Shown: positions 18,202 through 29,310, counted from the first letter of the stretch. The stretch is 64,000 nt of DNA from an uncultured virus (IMG/VR IMGVR_UViG_3300006925_000013) (IMGVR_UViG_3300006925_000013:1-64000); one strand, 5' to 3'. Numbers and translations: made by a program. Notes: generated by a model not told the origin, from the letters alone.

Positions 18202-19743
18202 ATGAAAAAGAAAGCAGTTGTTATATCTGAATCTAACAAACAAAAGCCAAGAATATCTAAAGAAATAATTCGTTCTACTTTTCCAGCAAACTACAGATCT
18301 TTAGGTGCTCATGTTATCAAACACGAGTTTGAAAAGTTAGGTGTAGAATCAACTGTTATAGATTTTTGTTTTCATTTTGACGAAGAAGACTTAATCAAAG
18401 GTGTAATAAATTTTTTACGCAATTCAGATGTACAGTTTATATGTATAAGTGCCACTCTATCTATGGGACTAGAGCAAGAGTATATTGCACTTGCTCGTAA
18501 AATTAAAAGTAAATTGCCTAATGCAAAAATATTATATGGAGGCAATAGAAGAGTACAACGTAACGACATGGAATACATGAAACATTGCGATGGTATTTTC
18601 TTAGGTAGATGTGCAGAAATGCTAACAGATTTTGTTGCTGGTAAAGACATGTCAAAGTTTATACAAAATCCAGAGTTTACAAATATTTTTGCTAACCATA
18701 ATTATAATTATGACATTGAAAAACCTATTACATACGGTTTATTTAAAGATGATGACTTTTTAGAATCTACTGACGTAATAGGATTTGAAGTTGCATTAGG
18801 CTGTAAATTTAATTGTAGTTTTTGCAATTATCCATTACGAGCGTCTAAGACTTTATATATGAATTGCGAAGAGCAACTTTATTACACAATGCAACACGCA
18901 TATGATACATACGGTATTACACACTTTTACGCCGCAGACGATACAATTAATGAGTCAGATGAAAAACTTGAATTACTTGCTAAAGTTGTTAATAAATTAA
19001 GTTTCAAACCCAGAATAACATCTTTTGCTAGACTTGATGTTATGGCAAAAAGACCTCACCAGATTGATTTGTATAAAGAAATTGGAATGAATGGTGCTAA
19101 CTTTGGTATAGAAAGTTTTGGTAATGCCGCAATAAAAGCCACAAGAAAGAAAAGCACAATAGAAGATCTTGTGTATGTTTCTCAAAGGTTAAGAAAAGAA
19201 ATAGATGACTTTTGGATTAGTTCAGGTTTTATATTTGGATTAGCAAACGACAGTTACGAAGAGTTTGAAAAAAATTTAAGATACTGTGAAGACAATTTAC
19301 TTGTTGATAATGCTGGTACTATAACATTAATCATTGAGCCTAAAAAGAATCATCCTGGCTACAAAGACTTTGGAGGAGAATGGTTAGCATGGGACGAAGG
19401 CGCCTTTGCTGATATAGATATATACCCAGAAAGATTTGGTTACACCATAGACGAAAATACATTAGAATGGTCAAACGAATACACTAATAAATCAGAAGCA
19501 AAAGAACGTACTGACATAGCCTCGAAAGCAATACAAAAAAGAAATGTCATAACAAATCATATTGAAGCATTTACTTGGCAAAGTGTCATGGCACAAGGCA
19601 TAGCATCATCAAGAAACGACTGGTATGAACAAAAAGAAACCTTGTCAGGATTAGGTCTTGTTCAAAAAGCAACTTATATTACAGATCAAACAGTAAATAG
19701 GTATGTAAATAAAAAATTAAATTGGTTACTTAATGAAGTATAA
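18202..19743 (+). CDS. radical SAM protein with B12-binding-like N-terminus
   Basis: GCKFNCSFC, ADDTIN, FGIES, GFIFGL. Confidence 0.8.
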   Translation: MKKKAVVISESNKQKPRISKEIIRSTFPANYRSLGAHVIKHEFEKLGVESTVIDFCFHFDEEDLIKGVINFLRNSDVQFICISATLSMGLEQEYIALARKIKSKLPNAKILYGGNRRVQRNDMEYMKHCDGIFLGRCAEMLTDFVAGKDMSKFIQNPEFTNIFANHNYNYDIEKPITYGLFKDDDFLESTDVIGFEVALGCKFNCSFCNYPLRASKTLYMNCEEQLYYTMQHAYDTYGITHFYAADDTINESDEKLELLAKVVNKLSFKPRITSFARLDVMAKRPHQIDLYKEIGMNGANFGIESFGNAAIKATRKKSTIEDLVYVSQRLRKEIDDFWISSGFIFGLANDSYEEFEKNLRYCEDNLLVDNAGTITLIIEPKKNHPGYKDFGGEWLAWDEGAFADIDIYPERFGYTIDENTLEWSNEYTNKSEAKERTDIASKAIQKRNVITNHIEAFTWQSVMAQGIASSRNDWYEQKETLSGLGLVQKATYITDQTVNRYVNKKLNWLLNEV

Positions 19744-20530
19744 AATAGGAATTATAGGTAAAGGTTTTGTAGGAAGTGCTGTCAGTGATGGCTTTTCTAA
19801 TATAGAACAGTACGTGGTGGATCCTAAAATTTCAGAGGACAACACAATTGATAAACTTGTCAATGACTTTGATCCACCACTTACTTTCGTTTGTGTTCCG
19901 ACACCACCTAATGAAGACGGTAGTGTTAATGTAGACATTGTTACTGAAGTTCTACAAGAATTAAACGATTGTGAGTATAAAGGTATAGTTGTTGTTAAAA
20001 GCACAATTATACCTGACTACTTACATATATTTAAAAAATCCTACAAATTAAAAATAGTTTATAATCCAGAGTTTCTCACTGAAGCAAATGCTTCACAGGA
20101 CTTTGTTAATCCAAACATGCAAGTACTCGGAGGGAAATGGAAAGACTGCGACACAGTTGAAAAAGCATACAATAGGTATAGCAATGTGAGAGTAGTTCCG
20201 ACATTCAAAGTAGACTTGAGTACTGCAAGTTTGATTAAGTATACTATTAATAGTTGGTTAGCAACTAAAGTTGTTTTCTTTAATGAACTATACAACCTAC
20301 AACAAGCAAGTAGCAGTATGGTTAGTTGGGATCAGTTTACAGATATGCTAACAAGAGATCCACGCATGGGCAATAGTCATATGAAAGTGCCCGGGACTGA
20401 TGGCGAGTTTGGCTTTGGTGGACATTGTTTTCCTAAGGACACAGAAGCATTAATCAATTATGCTCAAAGTAAAAACATTAAATTATCACTGCTAGAAAAA
20501 GCAGTTAGTAAAAACAAGAAGATAAGATGA
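19733..20530 (+). CDS. UDP-glucose/GDP-mannose 6-dehydrogenase family (short, no C-terminal domain)
   Basis: GKGFVG, CVPTP, VKST, NPEFL, GFGGHCFPKD. Confidence 0.9.
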   Translation: MKYKIGIIGKGFVGSAVSDGFSNIEQYVVDPKISEDNTIDKLVNDFDPPLTFVCVPTPPNEDGSVNVDIVTEVLQELNDCEYKGIVVVKSTIIPDYLHIFKKSYKLKIVYNPEFLTEANASQDFVNPNMQVLGGKWKDCDTVEKAYNRYSNVRVVPTFKVDLSTASLIKYTINSWLATKVVFFNELYNLQQASSSMVSWDQFTDMLTRDPRMGNSHMKVPGTDGEFGFGGHCFPKDTEALINYAQSKNIKLSLLEKAVSKNKKIR

Positions 20531-20946
20531 TAGCAACTATAGAACCCATAGTAGAAACACTAGAAGCATTAGAAACTGATTTAGACCGTTATGAATACTT
20601 AATTGAATTAGGCGACAGTCTTGCAGGTATTGGTGTTACAGAAATGATTAATGACGAAAACTATGTTGCAGGATGTCAAAGCGATGTGTGGTTAACACAC
20701 ATACTAGACGAAAACAATACATTGCAATTCTATGCACATTCAGACAGTAAACTTGTTAAAGGTTTATTACATATTTTAGTAGAGGCATTCAGTGGTTACC
20801 AACCAAATGATATGCTTAATTTTAACATGTCTTCCGTACAAAAGATACCATTAGGTGCTCAACTTAGTATGCAAAGACAAATTGGTATGATGAGTGTGTT
20901 TAGGAAAATGCAATACATATCAAAACAATATACAGCATCAGCATGA
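20527..20946 (+). CDS. sufE: SufE/CsdE Fe-S sulfur-acceptor protein
   Basis: YEYLIELG, VAGCQSDVW, SDSKLVKGL, LSMQR. Confidence 0.88.
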   Translation: MIATIEPIVETLEALETDLDRYEYLIELGDSLAGIGVTEMINDENYVAGCQSDVWLTHILDENNTLQFYAHSDSKLVKGLLHILVEAFSGYQPNDMLNFNMSSVQKIPLGAQLSMQRQIGMMSVFRKMQYISKQYTASA

Positions 20947-21191
20947 TTACAATACCCGATATAATAGGATTCACAGGTGTGGCATTACTTATAGTCACAT
21001 ACGCATTATTACAATTAGAACGCATAGACCCTAAGGGTTTTTGGTACAGTTTCAATAACTTAATTGTAGCAATACTTGTAACAGTTAGTCTAGTTTACAC
21101 ACCTAACCTAGCAAGTTTGGTAATAGAATTCTTTTGGTTTATAATCAGTGCCTATGGAATCTACATGTACTTTAAAAGGAAAAACAGTTGA
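20943..21191 (+). CDS. small membrane protein (CBU_0592-like)
   Basis: IGFTGV...YALLQ...N...EFFW, three TM helices. Confidence 0.6.
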   Translation: MITIPDIIGFTGVALLIVTYALLQLERIDPKGFWYSFNNLIVAILVTVSLVYTPNLASLVIEFFWFIISAYGIYMYFKRKNS

Positions 21192-21727
21192 AAATAGCAA
21201 TTACAGGACATAGCAAAGGCATTGGTAAAGCATGTTTTGATTTACTAAGCAAAGAGCATGATGTAATTGGTATGAGTAGAAGCAATGGCTTTGATATAAA
21301 TGAAATTAAACCTATCATAATGACAGCCAACTCCTGTGATGTGTTTATTAATAATGCATACAGTGGCACTAAACAATCTGAACTTTTTGATCAATTGTTC
21401 AACTTGTGGAGAACAGACGATACTAAAACTATTGTAAATATTAATAGTAGAAGCAAGTATGACGGTGTTAGGACATCATTGTATGGAGCAGATAAAAAGC
21501 ATTTAGATCATATAGCACAATCTAATGTATTCAGCGATATGAATAAAAGAGTCAGAGTAATTAATATTAATCCAGGCTATGTAGATACTGATATGATACC
21601 GCCACGTGCTAAAGATTACAATAAACTTTCACCTGAAACAGTAGCAGAAGCAATTAAGTGGTGCATTGATAAACCACAAGAAATAGAAATCAACGAGTTA
21701 TCATTATGGTCGACCTGGTTACAGTAG
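21188..21727 (+). CDS. short-chain dehydrogenase/reductase
   Basis: ITGHSKGIG, INNA, YxxxK (YGADK), INPGYVDT. Confidence 0.85.
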   Translation: MKIAITGHSKGIGKACFDLLSKEHDVIGMSRSNGFDINEIKPIIMTANSCDVFINNAYSGTKQSELFDQLFNLWRTDDTKTIVNINSRSKYDGVRTSLYGADKKHLDHIAQSNVFSDMNKRVRVININPGYVDTDMIPPRAKDYNKLSPETVAEAIKWCIDKPQEIEINELSLWSTWLQ

Positions 21728-21915
21728 CAGAAGAAATGATTAAGTACGAGCCTGAATTTAGAGAAGGTGGGTTTGTCTACACGCATATTAAACAAAACAA
21801 AAGCGACCCTCTGGTTGCTATTAAAAGTGCAGTTGATAGGATGACCGACTTGTATGATTTAGAGCATAACCAAGTCGGCCAAGTTAGCGAAATTATCTTA
21901 CAAAGATTAGTTTAA
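21706..21915 (+). CDS. hypothetical protein
   Basis: Fills gap before convergent phoH. Confidence 0.5.
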   Translation: MVDLVTVAEEMIKYEPEFREGGFVYTHIKQNKSDPLVAIKSAVDRMTDLYDLEHNQVGQVSEIILQRLV

Positions 21916-22656
21916 ATCATTATAGACACTTAGTATTTCTGCAACAGCAGGGTGCCTTTCTATATCTTTGCTAGTAAATTCTATTGTTCTAATGAATTCG
22001 TAATCCTTTTCTTCTAGTCTTTCTAAGAAATCCTTTAATCCATTGTCACCAAAGCCTCTATCATGTTGACGTAAGTCACCGGTAATAACCATTTTACTGC
22101 CTACGCCTATTCTAGTTAAAAGCATTTTCATCTGTTCAATAGTTGCATTTTGCATTTCATCTGCAATAACAAATGAGTTTTTAAATGTTCTACCTCTCAT
22201 ATATGCCAGTGGTGCAATCTCAATAATGTTTGCGTCTATCATATTTTCTATGTGACTGGGTGTAAAGTGTTCCTCAAAAATATCTATAATTGGCCTAGTC
22301 CATGGAGCCATCTTATCCTGTAATGTACCAGGTAAGAAGCCGTGTTGCTCATCAACACTTATTGCTGGCCTTGTAATAACTATTTTGGACACCATTCCAG
22401 ACATTAACGACTGTACGGCCTTCTTTGTAGCAATATATGTTTTACCCGTACCTGCTGGTCCTACAGCAAATGTAATAGACGTATTTGTATGCTCTAGTGA
22501 TGCAAGTAAATTGTCTTGGGTTATGTTTCTAGGTACTACTGTACAATTAGCCGTCTTCGTATTATATCTGTTATCAAGTTTCAATATTAATTCCTCCGTT
22601 TGTAGTTGGCGTATTTTCGCCTTGAATTCTCGTTCTTTGCGTTTTTTTCTTGACAT
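21907..22656 (-). CDS. phoH: PhoH-family ATPase
   Basis: GPAGTGKT, RPA, GFLPG, YMRGRTF, DEMQN, GDLRQHD. Confidence 0.95.
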   Translation of the reverse strand: MSRKKRKEREFKAKIRQLQTEELILKLDNRYNTKTANCTVVPRNITQDNLLASLEHTNTSITFAVGPAGTGKTYIATKKAVQSLMSGMVSKIVITRPAISVDEQHGFLPGTLQDKMAPWTRPIIDIFEEHFTPSHIENMIDANIIEIAPLAYMRGRTFKNSFVIADEMQNATIEQMKMLLTRIGVGSKMVITGDLRQHDRGFGDNGLKDFLERLEEKDYEFIRTIEFTSKDIERHPAVAEILSVYNDLN

Positions 22657-22679
22657 GGTTGTCTCCTTATTAGAGCCAT

Positions 22680-22710
22680 AAAAAAACCGTGCATGGGTTC
22701 CATGAACGGT
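22680..22710 (-). terminator. terminator-like hairpin in the phoH leader
   Basis: Minus strand ACCGTTCATGG-AAC-CCATGCACGGT then T run, about 25 nt before the phoH ATG. Confidence 0.5.
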
Positions 22711-22827
22711 GGGGTTCTGTATGTATTTCTACAACTTTTTAAATGGTTGTTAATCATCATGTAATATTATTTAGTATTTGACGTCAATGTTAAAACAACT
22801 CATTTAATAACTTTGATAAATACTTGT

Positions 22828-23379
22828 ATGTCAAAATATACATCTGAAGATATAAACAACACTATTAAAGCAATCAACCAAGATCGTACACTTCTTGATA
22901 TGCTATTAGAACTAGATGGTCTGTTTGAGCACCTAGGTATTTATGCATTTAAGAACTGGAAGAAGGGCAAGATAGTCGAAGTAGGACGTCCTAGTAAATA
23001 CTGGATTGACCTAACATTGATGTATGATAAAAACGATATGCCAGACCCAGAAGGAGCATTACGTTTAACTAACAAAGATTGCAAAGTTAAATTTAATGAA
23101 GATGTATTTGAATATCCTAAAAAGATAATGGGTCCAGATGATATAGAAGTCGAAATCAAACGTAATAGAGTGTACAGAAAAACTAAAACAGAATCAGATC
23201 CTGTATGGTTAGTCGAATTAAGAATACCAAGAAAGTATTTAGAACATTATGATGAAGCAGAAACTAAAATAAATGACGATGTTATATCTACACAGGATGC
23301 AGACGAAGGTGCAATGTTACAACAAGGAGTTGATCCATCAGCACCTGCACCAGCAGATCCACTAGGAGGCGGCATATAA
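22828..23379 (+). CDS. hypothetical phage protein
   Basis: ATG 5 nt after late promoter; YAFKNW...MPDPEGALRL. Confidence 0.75.
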   Translation: MSKYTSEDINNTIKAINQDRTLLDMLLELDGLFEHLGIYAFKNWKKGKIVEVGRPSKYWIDLTLMYDKNDMPDPEGALRLTNKDCKVKFNEDVFEYPKKIMGPDDIEVEIKRNRVYRKTKTESDPVWLVELRIPRKYLEHYDEAETKINDDVISTQDADEGAMLQQGVDPSAPAPADPLGGGI

Positions 23380-24134
23380 TGAAGCACGAAGATTTAGTAG
23401 ACTTAGTTATACCTAAAGTAAGCCTAGACGAATTTGCACCTAAAACAGGTGACAACAAAGACGTTATTGTTATAGGCTTTTATGTAGATGATCTTGATCC
23501 TGCTAAAGACTTATCAAACTTTATTGAGGCCGGAGCATACGAAACATTAGATTGTGAGGCATCACCTGCCTCAAATGAAGACGGACACTACATGGTGTTT
23601 GTTGAAGTAGACAGAGACGATAAAGTCTTTGAGAAATTAGATAAAATTTTACATGATGTAGAGAACTTGTCTGGTAAATTAGCATGGACTGTAAAGCCTT
23701 ACTATGCAGAACAAGATTTCAAACTACACGAAGATACATGGAAAGATTTTGTAATAGTGGACCCAGATATGTATGTAGATAAAAAAACATTCCAACAAAA
23801 CAAAGTACAAGCAGAAGAATCTGCTTACAAAGAAAACTTAGGTAACTTTTTAATTGACAGTTTAATGTCAAACGTAAGTTTAGATAAAGACACAGAAAGA
23901 GATACAATACAATTTCAAAGAGGTAAAAGAGTATTTGAATTTGAATTAGTCAACTTTGGTCAAAAAGATATACTAGAAGACATTTCATCAGAACCTATTA
24001 GAAGTATGTTAAGCGATGACTTGGCATTTGCTGATGCAATTGGTAAAACATACGCAATTAATAACTTTAGCGATGGTAGGTTTACAATTTCTAGAGAAGG
24101 CAGTGACGATGTTATGTTATTGAGAAAAATATGA
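23379..24134 (+). CDS. hypothetical phage protein
   Basis: Coupled ORF. Confidence 0.75.
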   Translation: MKHEDLVDLVIPKVSLDEFAPKTGDNKDVIVIGFYVDDLDPAKDLSNFIEAGAYETLDCEASPASNEDGHYMVFVEVDRDDKVFEKLDKILHDVENLSGKLAWTVKPYYAEQDFKLHEDTWKDFVIVDPDMYVDKKTFQQNKVQAEESAYKENLGNFLIDSLMSNVSLDKDTERDTIQFQRGKRVFEFELVNFGQKDILEDISSEPIRSMLSDDLAFADAIGKTYAINNFSDGRFTISREGSDDVMLLRKI

Positions 24135-24361
24135 GAGTAGAAATTTTAGAAGTCCTAGAAGGACATTTTGGCAAAGATAAAGATATTACTGTAGACAGTC
24201 ATATAATGGACGACTTAGGCGGTGATGAATTTGACATAGTTGATGTATTTGTTCAGATAGAATCCAAACTAGGTATATCCATACCAGAAGAAGAAACATT
24301 TGATATAATGACTGTGTCTGCACTATGTGAAGTAGTAGAGAGACATGTTGGGTCAAATTAA
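24131..24361 (+). CDS. acyl-carrier-protein-like protein lacking the phosphopantetheine Ser
   Basis: DDLGGDEFDIVDVFVQIESKLGISIPEEE...TV aligns with ACP DLGADSLD.VELVM.LEEEFG..IP; DSL becomes DEF. Confidence 0.75.
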   Translation: MRVEILEVLEGHFGKDKDITVDSHIMDDLGGDEFDIVDVFVQIESKLGISIPEEETFDIMTVSALCEVVERHVGSN

Positions 24362-24830
24362 ACTAGTTTTCTTTTTTCTAATGTTGTCCGGGGCCGCAGG
24401 AGGCTTATGGTATGTACAACATCTAAAAGCAGAAAACGAAATCCTTACACTAAACAATGAAAAACTTAATAATGCTGTTGAGCAACAACAAGCAGTTATT
24501 GAGCAACAGTTACGTGATATAGAAACTAAGACCGCACTCAATAACCAGTTAAATGAAAACAATGCTAAACTTACAGCAGATTTAAATCTTGCAAATGAAA
24601 AGTTTAACAAAGTAAATGCATCAGGCGAAAGAAGAGATGTTGGTGCATTAGCAGTAGCAAAGCCTAAAAGTATACAAAGAATAGAAGGCAAAAGAGAAAA
24701 ACAAAGAGCAAGGTGTTTTGAAATAGCACAAGGCTCACCACTAACAGAGGAGGAGTTAAATGCAACTAAGAAATCGCAGATTAATGCAGAATGCACTAAT
24801 ATTGCCAATCCTAATTACGTTCCTTATTAG
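24345..24830 (+). CDS. i-spanin (Rz-like)
   Basis: N-terminal TM anchor, long coiled coil, overlaps a lipoprotein gene. Confidence 0.65.
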   Translation: MLGQIKLVFFFLMLSGAAGGLWYVQHLKAENEILTLNNEKLNNAVEQQQAVIEQQLRDIETKTALNNQLNENNAKLTADLNLANEKFNKVNASGERRDVGALAVAKPKSIQRIEGKREKQRARCFEIAQGSPLTEEELNATKKSQINAECTNIANPNYVPY

Positions 24831-25206
24831 TGGTTGTGCATCTACAAAGTCTTTAGAAATCTTTACTAAAGAAGTAGAACGTATGCCCTTAGACTTAGAT
24901 ATGCCTCCAGTTGTAGCATTGGAGCAAATTAATTGGAAGATTATAAACGAAGGCAACCAAGAAGAAGTATTTGCTGAACTTAAAAAAGCAAACATAGATG
25001 CTGTATTATTTGGTCTTACTGACGAAGATTACGAACTATTACAAAAAAACAATGTGCAAATGAGAAATCAAATCATAAAGTACAGAGCAATCATAGAAGC
25101 ATATAAACAATACTATGAGCCAGAAGAACAGCAAGGCAAAGAAGACAGTAGCAGTATTATTAAGTCTAGTGACTTTGAGCCAAAAAAACTCACAAAAGAC
25201 GATTAA
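24784..25206 (+). CDS. o-spanin (Rz1-like lipoprotein)
   Basis: Signal peptide with lipobox LISGC, Pro-rich segment, overlaps i-spanin 3' end. Confidence 0.65.
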   Translation: MQNALILPILITFLISGCASTKSLEIFTKEVERMPLDLDMPPVVALEQINWKIINEGNQEEVFAELKKANIDAVLFGLTDEDYELLQKNNVQMRNQIIKYRAIIEAYKQYYEPEEQQGKEDSSSIIKSSDFEPKKLTKDD

Positions 25207-25209
25207 CAC

Positions 25210-25238
25210 TTGACATTTCTGTCAAAGAACATTATAAT
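25210..25238 (+). promoter_or_regulatory. sigma70-type promoter
   Basis: TTGACA-17-TATAAT (consensus). Confidence 0.8.
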
Positions 25239-25246
25239 AAGTTAAT

Positions 25247-26056
25247 ATGGATCACTACCAAACATTGGGGGTTAGCCGCGATGCTGATGCCTCCGCTATC
25301 AAAAAAGCATATCGCAAATTAGCGAGTAAGCATCATCCTGACAAAGGCGGTAACCCTGAAGAATTCAAAAGAGTGCAAGAAGCATACGACACACTAAGTG
25401 ATCCACAAAAACGTAGTCAGTATGATAATCCTAATCCTTTTGAAGGCTTTGGTGGTGGTGATCCTTTTAGTGGCGCCAATCCGTTTGGAGATATATTTAG
25501 AGATATATTTGGACAAAGAGGTCAACGTCGTAGAGAACAAAACTTTGATGCTCAAACAGATATACTATTATCATTGGAAGATGTGTTTTTTGGTGTAACA
25601 AAAAGAATAGATGTTGGTACAGGTGTTATAGATCTCAATATACCAAAAGGCACAGAAGAAGGTACTCGTTTCACTTTACATGGCAAAGGCCCACAGCAAG
25701 ATCCTAACTTACCGCCAGGTAATTTATTTGTAAGAGTCAGATATCAGCCACATAGAGAATTTGCTAAAAATGGTAACGACCTTATTGGTATTGTAGAAAT
25801 TGATTATCTAGAAGCCATTGTTGGTACCACTATTGAAGTTAGGCATGTTAATGGCAGGATGTTATCAGTAAACATTCCGGCACTAACACAACCTAACTCT
25901 AGACTTAAATTAAGAGGAGAGGGTTTTACAAATCCACGTAGCAGTATAGTAGGAGACTTCCTTTTACAAGTGTCTGTTACTGCACCCGAATCCATAGATC
26001 ATGATCATGTTAACCTTATACGAAGAATTAATCAAGAACGTAGGAGAAATAATTAA
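25247..26056 (+). CDS. dnaJ: DnaJ-class chaperone (class B/CbpA-like, no Zn finger)
   Basis: J domain with HPD, G/F region, C-terminal substrate domains. Confidence 0.92.
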   Translation: MDHYQTLGVSRDADASAIKKAYRKLASKHHPDKGGNPEEFKRVQEAYDTLSDPQKRSQYDNPNPFEGFGGGDPFSGANPFGDIFRDIFGQRGQRRREQNFDAQTDILLSLEDVFFGVTKRIDVGTGVIDLNIPKGTEEGTRFTLHGKGPQQDPNLPPGNLFVRVRYQPHREFAKNGNDLIGIVEIDYLEAIVGTTIEVRHVNGRMLSVNIPALTQPNSRLKLRGEGFTNPRSSIVGDFLLQVSVTAPESIDHDHVNLIRRINQERRRNN

Positions 26057-26064
26057 ATACTATT

Positions 26065-28242
26065 ATGAATGTTGAAGGAATTATAGAAAAAGCATACGAA
26101 ATATCTAATCAATTTAGTCATGAGTATATGACTCTAGAGCATGTTGCTCTGGCTCTTATTAAAGATAAAGAGATTAAAAAAGTATTAGGTGAATGTAATG
26201 TTGAAATTAAACAATTAGAAGCAGACATTGTGACTTATCTTAATGACGATGAGTACAACAATCTTAAATCAGAAGGCGGTAGCACAGGCAAGCCTAAGAA
26301 AACTGTAGCAGTTGAACGTGTCTTTCAAAGAGCATTTGCACAAAGTATCTTTAATGGTAGAGATAAAATATCTGCAATTGATTTGCTAGTTAGTATTACA
26401 AATGAAGAAAATTCACATAGTGCATATTTTTTAGCAGTTAATGGTTGCCATAGAGAAAATTTAATTGAAATATTAGGCGATGTCGTTGAAGGCGAACTAG
26501 TAGAAGAAACACAAGACTACATTAAAAACTTAAACGAAGAAGCAATGAACGGAAGTATTGATCCTCTCATTGGTAGAAGCGAAGAAGTAAATGATGTTGT
26601 TGAAATACTTGCTAGACGTAAAAAGAATAACGTATGCTTAGTTGGTGAACCCGGAGTAGGTAAAACTGCTATTGCAGAAGGTATGGCATGGAAAATTATC
26701 AACAAGCAAGTTCCTAAAACACTAGAAGATAAAACTGTTTATCAAATAGATGTTGGTACAATGTTAGCAGGTACAAAGTTTAGAGGTGACTTTGAAGAAA
26801 GACTAAAAACAGTTTTAGAACAGATAGAAAAGAACGAAAATGCTATTCTGTTTATTGACGAAATACATATGATTATGGGTGCCGGTAGTGCTGGTAGCAG
26901 TCAAGTAGATGCGGCAAACATGTTAAAGCCATTGTTAGGCAAAGGTAAACTATTGTGTATTGGTGCAACAACACCAGATGAATTTGCAAGTACATTTGAA
27001 AAAGACAGAGCATTAATGCGTAGGTTTGCAAGACTAGACGTAGAAGAAACAACACTTAAAGATACTATTAAAATATGCCAAGGCTTACAGCCATACTACG
27101 AAGAGTTTCACAAAGTCAAGTATGAAGAAGGTGCTATAGAAAAAGCATGTGAATTGGCAGACAGATATATTAAGAATAAGTACTTTCCAGACAAAGCATT
27201 AGACATTGTAGATGCCGCAGGTGCAGTCACTAAAGTATTAGAAAAGAAAGTTGTAAATCTTGACTCAGTAGTAGCACAGGTATCAAAGATTGCTAAAATT
27301 AAACAAGAAGTAGTAGATGTTAAAGACACAAAAGGCTTCAGCAAGTTAGATAAAAAGATTAAAAAGAAAGTGTTTGGACAAGACGAAGCAGTCGATAAAC
27401 TAGTAGAAAGTATACTTGTTAGTAAAGCAGGCCTAAGAGAACCAAACAAACCAATTGGTAGTTTCCTATTTGTAGGACCGACTGGTGTAGGTAAAACAGA
27501 AACAGCAAGAGCATTAGCAGACGAATTAGATATTAAACTTGTTAAGTTTGACATGTCAGAGTATATGGAAAGACATAGTGTAAGTAAACTAATTGGTGCT
27601 CCTCCAGGTTATGTAGGACACGCAGAAGGCGAACTAGGACAAGGCATGTTGCTTTCTGAAATTGATAAGAATCCTAATTGTGTGTTGCTACTAGATGAAG
27701 TAGAGAAAGCCGCACCAGAAGTATTACAAGTGTTACTACAAGTAATGGACGATGGTAGACTTACAGGTGCAACAGGCAAGCAAGTAGACTTCAGTAATGT
27801 TACACTTATAATGACAAGTAACTTAGGTGCCGCCAAGGCAGAAACAAGCAAGATTGGATTTGGTGAAACATCACATACAGACACAGATATAAAAGCAGTC
27901 AAAAGTTTCTTCACACCAGAGTTTAGAAACAGGATAGACTCTTATGTTAAGTTTAACAAACTAGGAATGAAAGAAGTTAATCTTATTATTGATAAAATTG
28001 TTAGAGAAACAAACGAATTACTTGCTAGTAATGACAGTAAAGTTAGTATTGAACTTACCAAAGCGGCTAAGAAATATATTGCAGATAACGGATTTGAACC
28101 TAGCATGGGTGCAAGGCCTTTAAAAAGATTGTTCGAAGATGTTGTCAAGAAGCCAATTAGTAAAAAAATATTGTTTGATAAAATAGAGGAAGGCGTAGTA
28201 CTTGTAGATTATATTGAGCAGTTTGAATTCACTGTCAAATGA
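26065..28242 (+). CDS. clpA: ATP-dependent Clp protease ATP-binding subunit
   Basis: Clp N domain, two AAA+ modules ([16 protein letters not shown]), no ClpB middle domain, IGF loop. Confidence 0.93.
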   Translation: MNVEGIIEKAYEISNQFSHEYMTLEHVALALIKDKEIKKVLGECNVEIKQLEADIVTYLNDDEYNNLKSEGGSTGKPKKTVAVERVFQRAFAQSIFNGRDKISAIDLLVSITNEENSHSAYFLAVNGCHRENLIEILGDVVEGELVEETQDYIKNLNEEAMNGSIDPLIGRSEEVNDVVEILARRKKNNVCLVGEPGVGKTAIAEGMAWKIINKQVPKTLEDKTVYQIDVGTMLAGTKFRGDFEERLKTVLEQIEKNENAILFIDEIHMIMGAGSAGSSQVDAANMLKPLLGKGKLLCIGATTPDEFASTFEKDRALMRRFARLDVEETTLKDTIKICQGLQPYYEEFHKVKYEEGAIEKACELADRYIKNKYFPDKALDIVDAAGAVTKVLEKKVVNLDSVVAQVSKIAKIKQEVVDVKDTKGFSKLDKKIKKKVFGQDEAVDKLVESILVSKAGLREPNKPIGSFLFVGPTGVGKTETARALADELDIKLVKFDMSEYMERHSVSKLIGAPPGYVGHAEGELGQGMLLSEIDKNPNCVLLLDEVEKAAPEVLQVLLQVMDDGRLTGATGKQVDFSNVTLIMTSNLGAAKAETSKIGFGETSHTDTDIKAVKSFFTPEFRNRIDSYVKFNKLGMKEVNLIIDKIVRETNELLASNDSKVSIELTKAAKKYIADNGFEPSMGARPLKRLFEDVVKKPISKKILFDKIEEGVVLVDYIEQFEFTVK

Positions 28243-28787
28243 ATTTAGGCAATACTGTTTCCGGTATAGATATCCGGCCATCATTTAAATTATGGTGGAA
28301 TAAGTATCATATCAAAGCAGAAGTAAAAGGCAATTGGCTTATACACGATCCTATGGTATTAGAAGAAATATACAAATTTCAAAATCAGTACTGCTGGGAC
28401 ACAATGAAATTTGCATGGCACAAAAATTATTCAGTGTATTTTTCAGATAGCAAAGTTGCTAAAAAATTTATTAGAAAATTTAAAGATAGTATAATTAGTG
28501 TACAAGGTATACGTTCGCAAGAAGAATATGATGTTATTACATCAAATAATCAAATACTTAGAAGACAACTGTTTTTTAATAAATATAGATATGTAGCATA
28601 CAAGTATTGGCCAAATATTGATTGGGTTAAAAAAGTTAGCAAACTTAGTATGGATGCAAAAGTAACACACACTGGTGATGGTTGGAAATCAACAGTTTAC
28701 ATGACCAATAAAAAAGATGTTGCTAAATTACAATTAACAGTAGGTAATAGCGAAATATATAAAGTTGTTACCACAGAGGAATTATAA
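28239..28787 (+). CDS. hypothetical protein
   Basis: Coupled ORF. Confidence 0.7.
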   Translation: MNLGNTVSGIDIRPSFKLWWNKYHIKAEVKGNWLIHDPMVLEEIYKFQNQYCWDTMKFAWHKNYSVYFSDSKVAKKFIRKFKDSIISVQGIRSQEEYDVITSNNQILRRQLFFNKYRYVAYKYWPNIDWVKKVSKLSMDAKVTHTGDGWKSTVYMTNKKDVAKLQLTVGNSEIYKVVTTEEL

Positions 28788-29261
28788 ATGGGATTATTTG
28801 GAAGAGACACAAAATTAGATAGAGAAGCAGTTTTTGAGCAACTTAAAATAGATGAAGGAGTAGTCAATGAGATCTACCTCGACCACTTGGGATACCCGAC
28901 TTTTGGAGTGGGGCATTTGGTCCTCGACACCGATCCAGAGCATGGAGCAGAAGTTGGAACACCAGTATCAGAAGAACGTGTTAAAGAATGTTTTGAAAGA
29001 GACCTTGACACAGCAATATCTGAGTGTGAGTTATTATACGAAGAAGGGGTGTTTGGAGACTTACCAGACGAGGTCCAGCAAATCTTGGTTAATATGATGT
29101 TTAACATGGGTCGTACAAGACTTAGTAAGTTTAAGAAAATGCATGCCGCAATTCTAAAAGAAGATTGGAAAGAAGCCGCAAAGGAAGGTAGAGATTCAAG
29201 ATGGCACAAACAAGTAACTAACCGTGCTGAAAGACTGATGACTCGACTCGAACAAGTTTAA
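28788..29261 (+). CDS. T4-type lysozyme (GH24) endolysin
   Basis: LKIDEG...YLDHLGYPTFGVGHL, NMMFNMG, DSRWHKQVTNRAERL. Confidence 0.92.
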   Translation: MGLFGRDTKLDREAVFEQLKIDEGVVNEIYLDHLGYPTFGVGHLVLDTDPEHGAEVGTPVSEERVKECFERDLDTAISECELLYEEGVFGDLPDEVQQILVNMMFNMGRTRLSKFKKMHAAILKEDWKEAAKEGRDSRWHKQVTNRAERLMTRLEQV

Positions 29262-29310
29262 CAACATTCTCATAAGTGCCTTATTGAGATAAATACAATT
29301 GAGGCTACTT

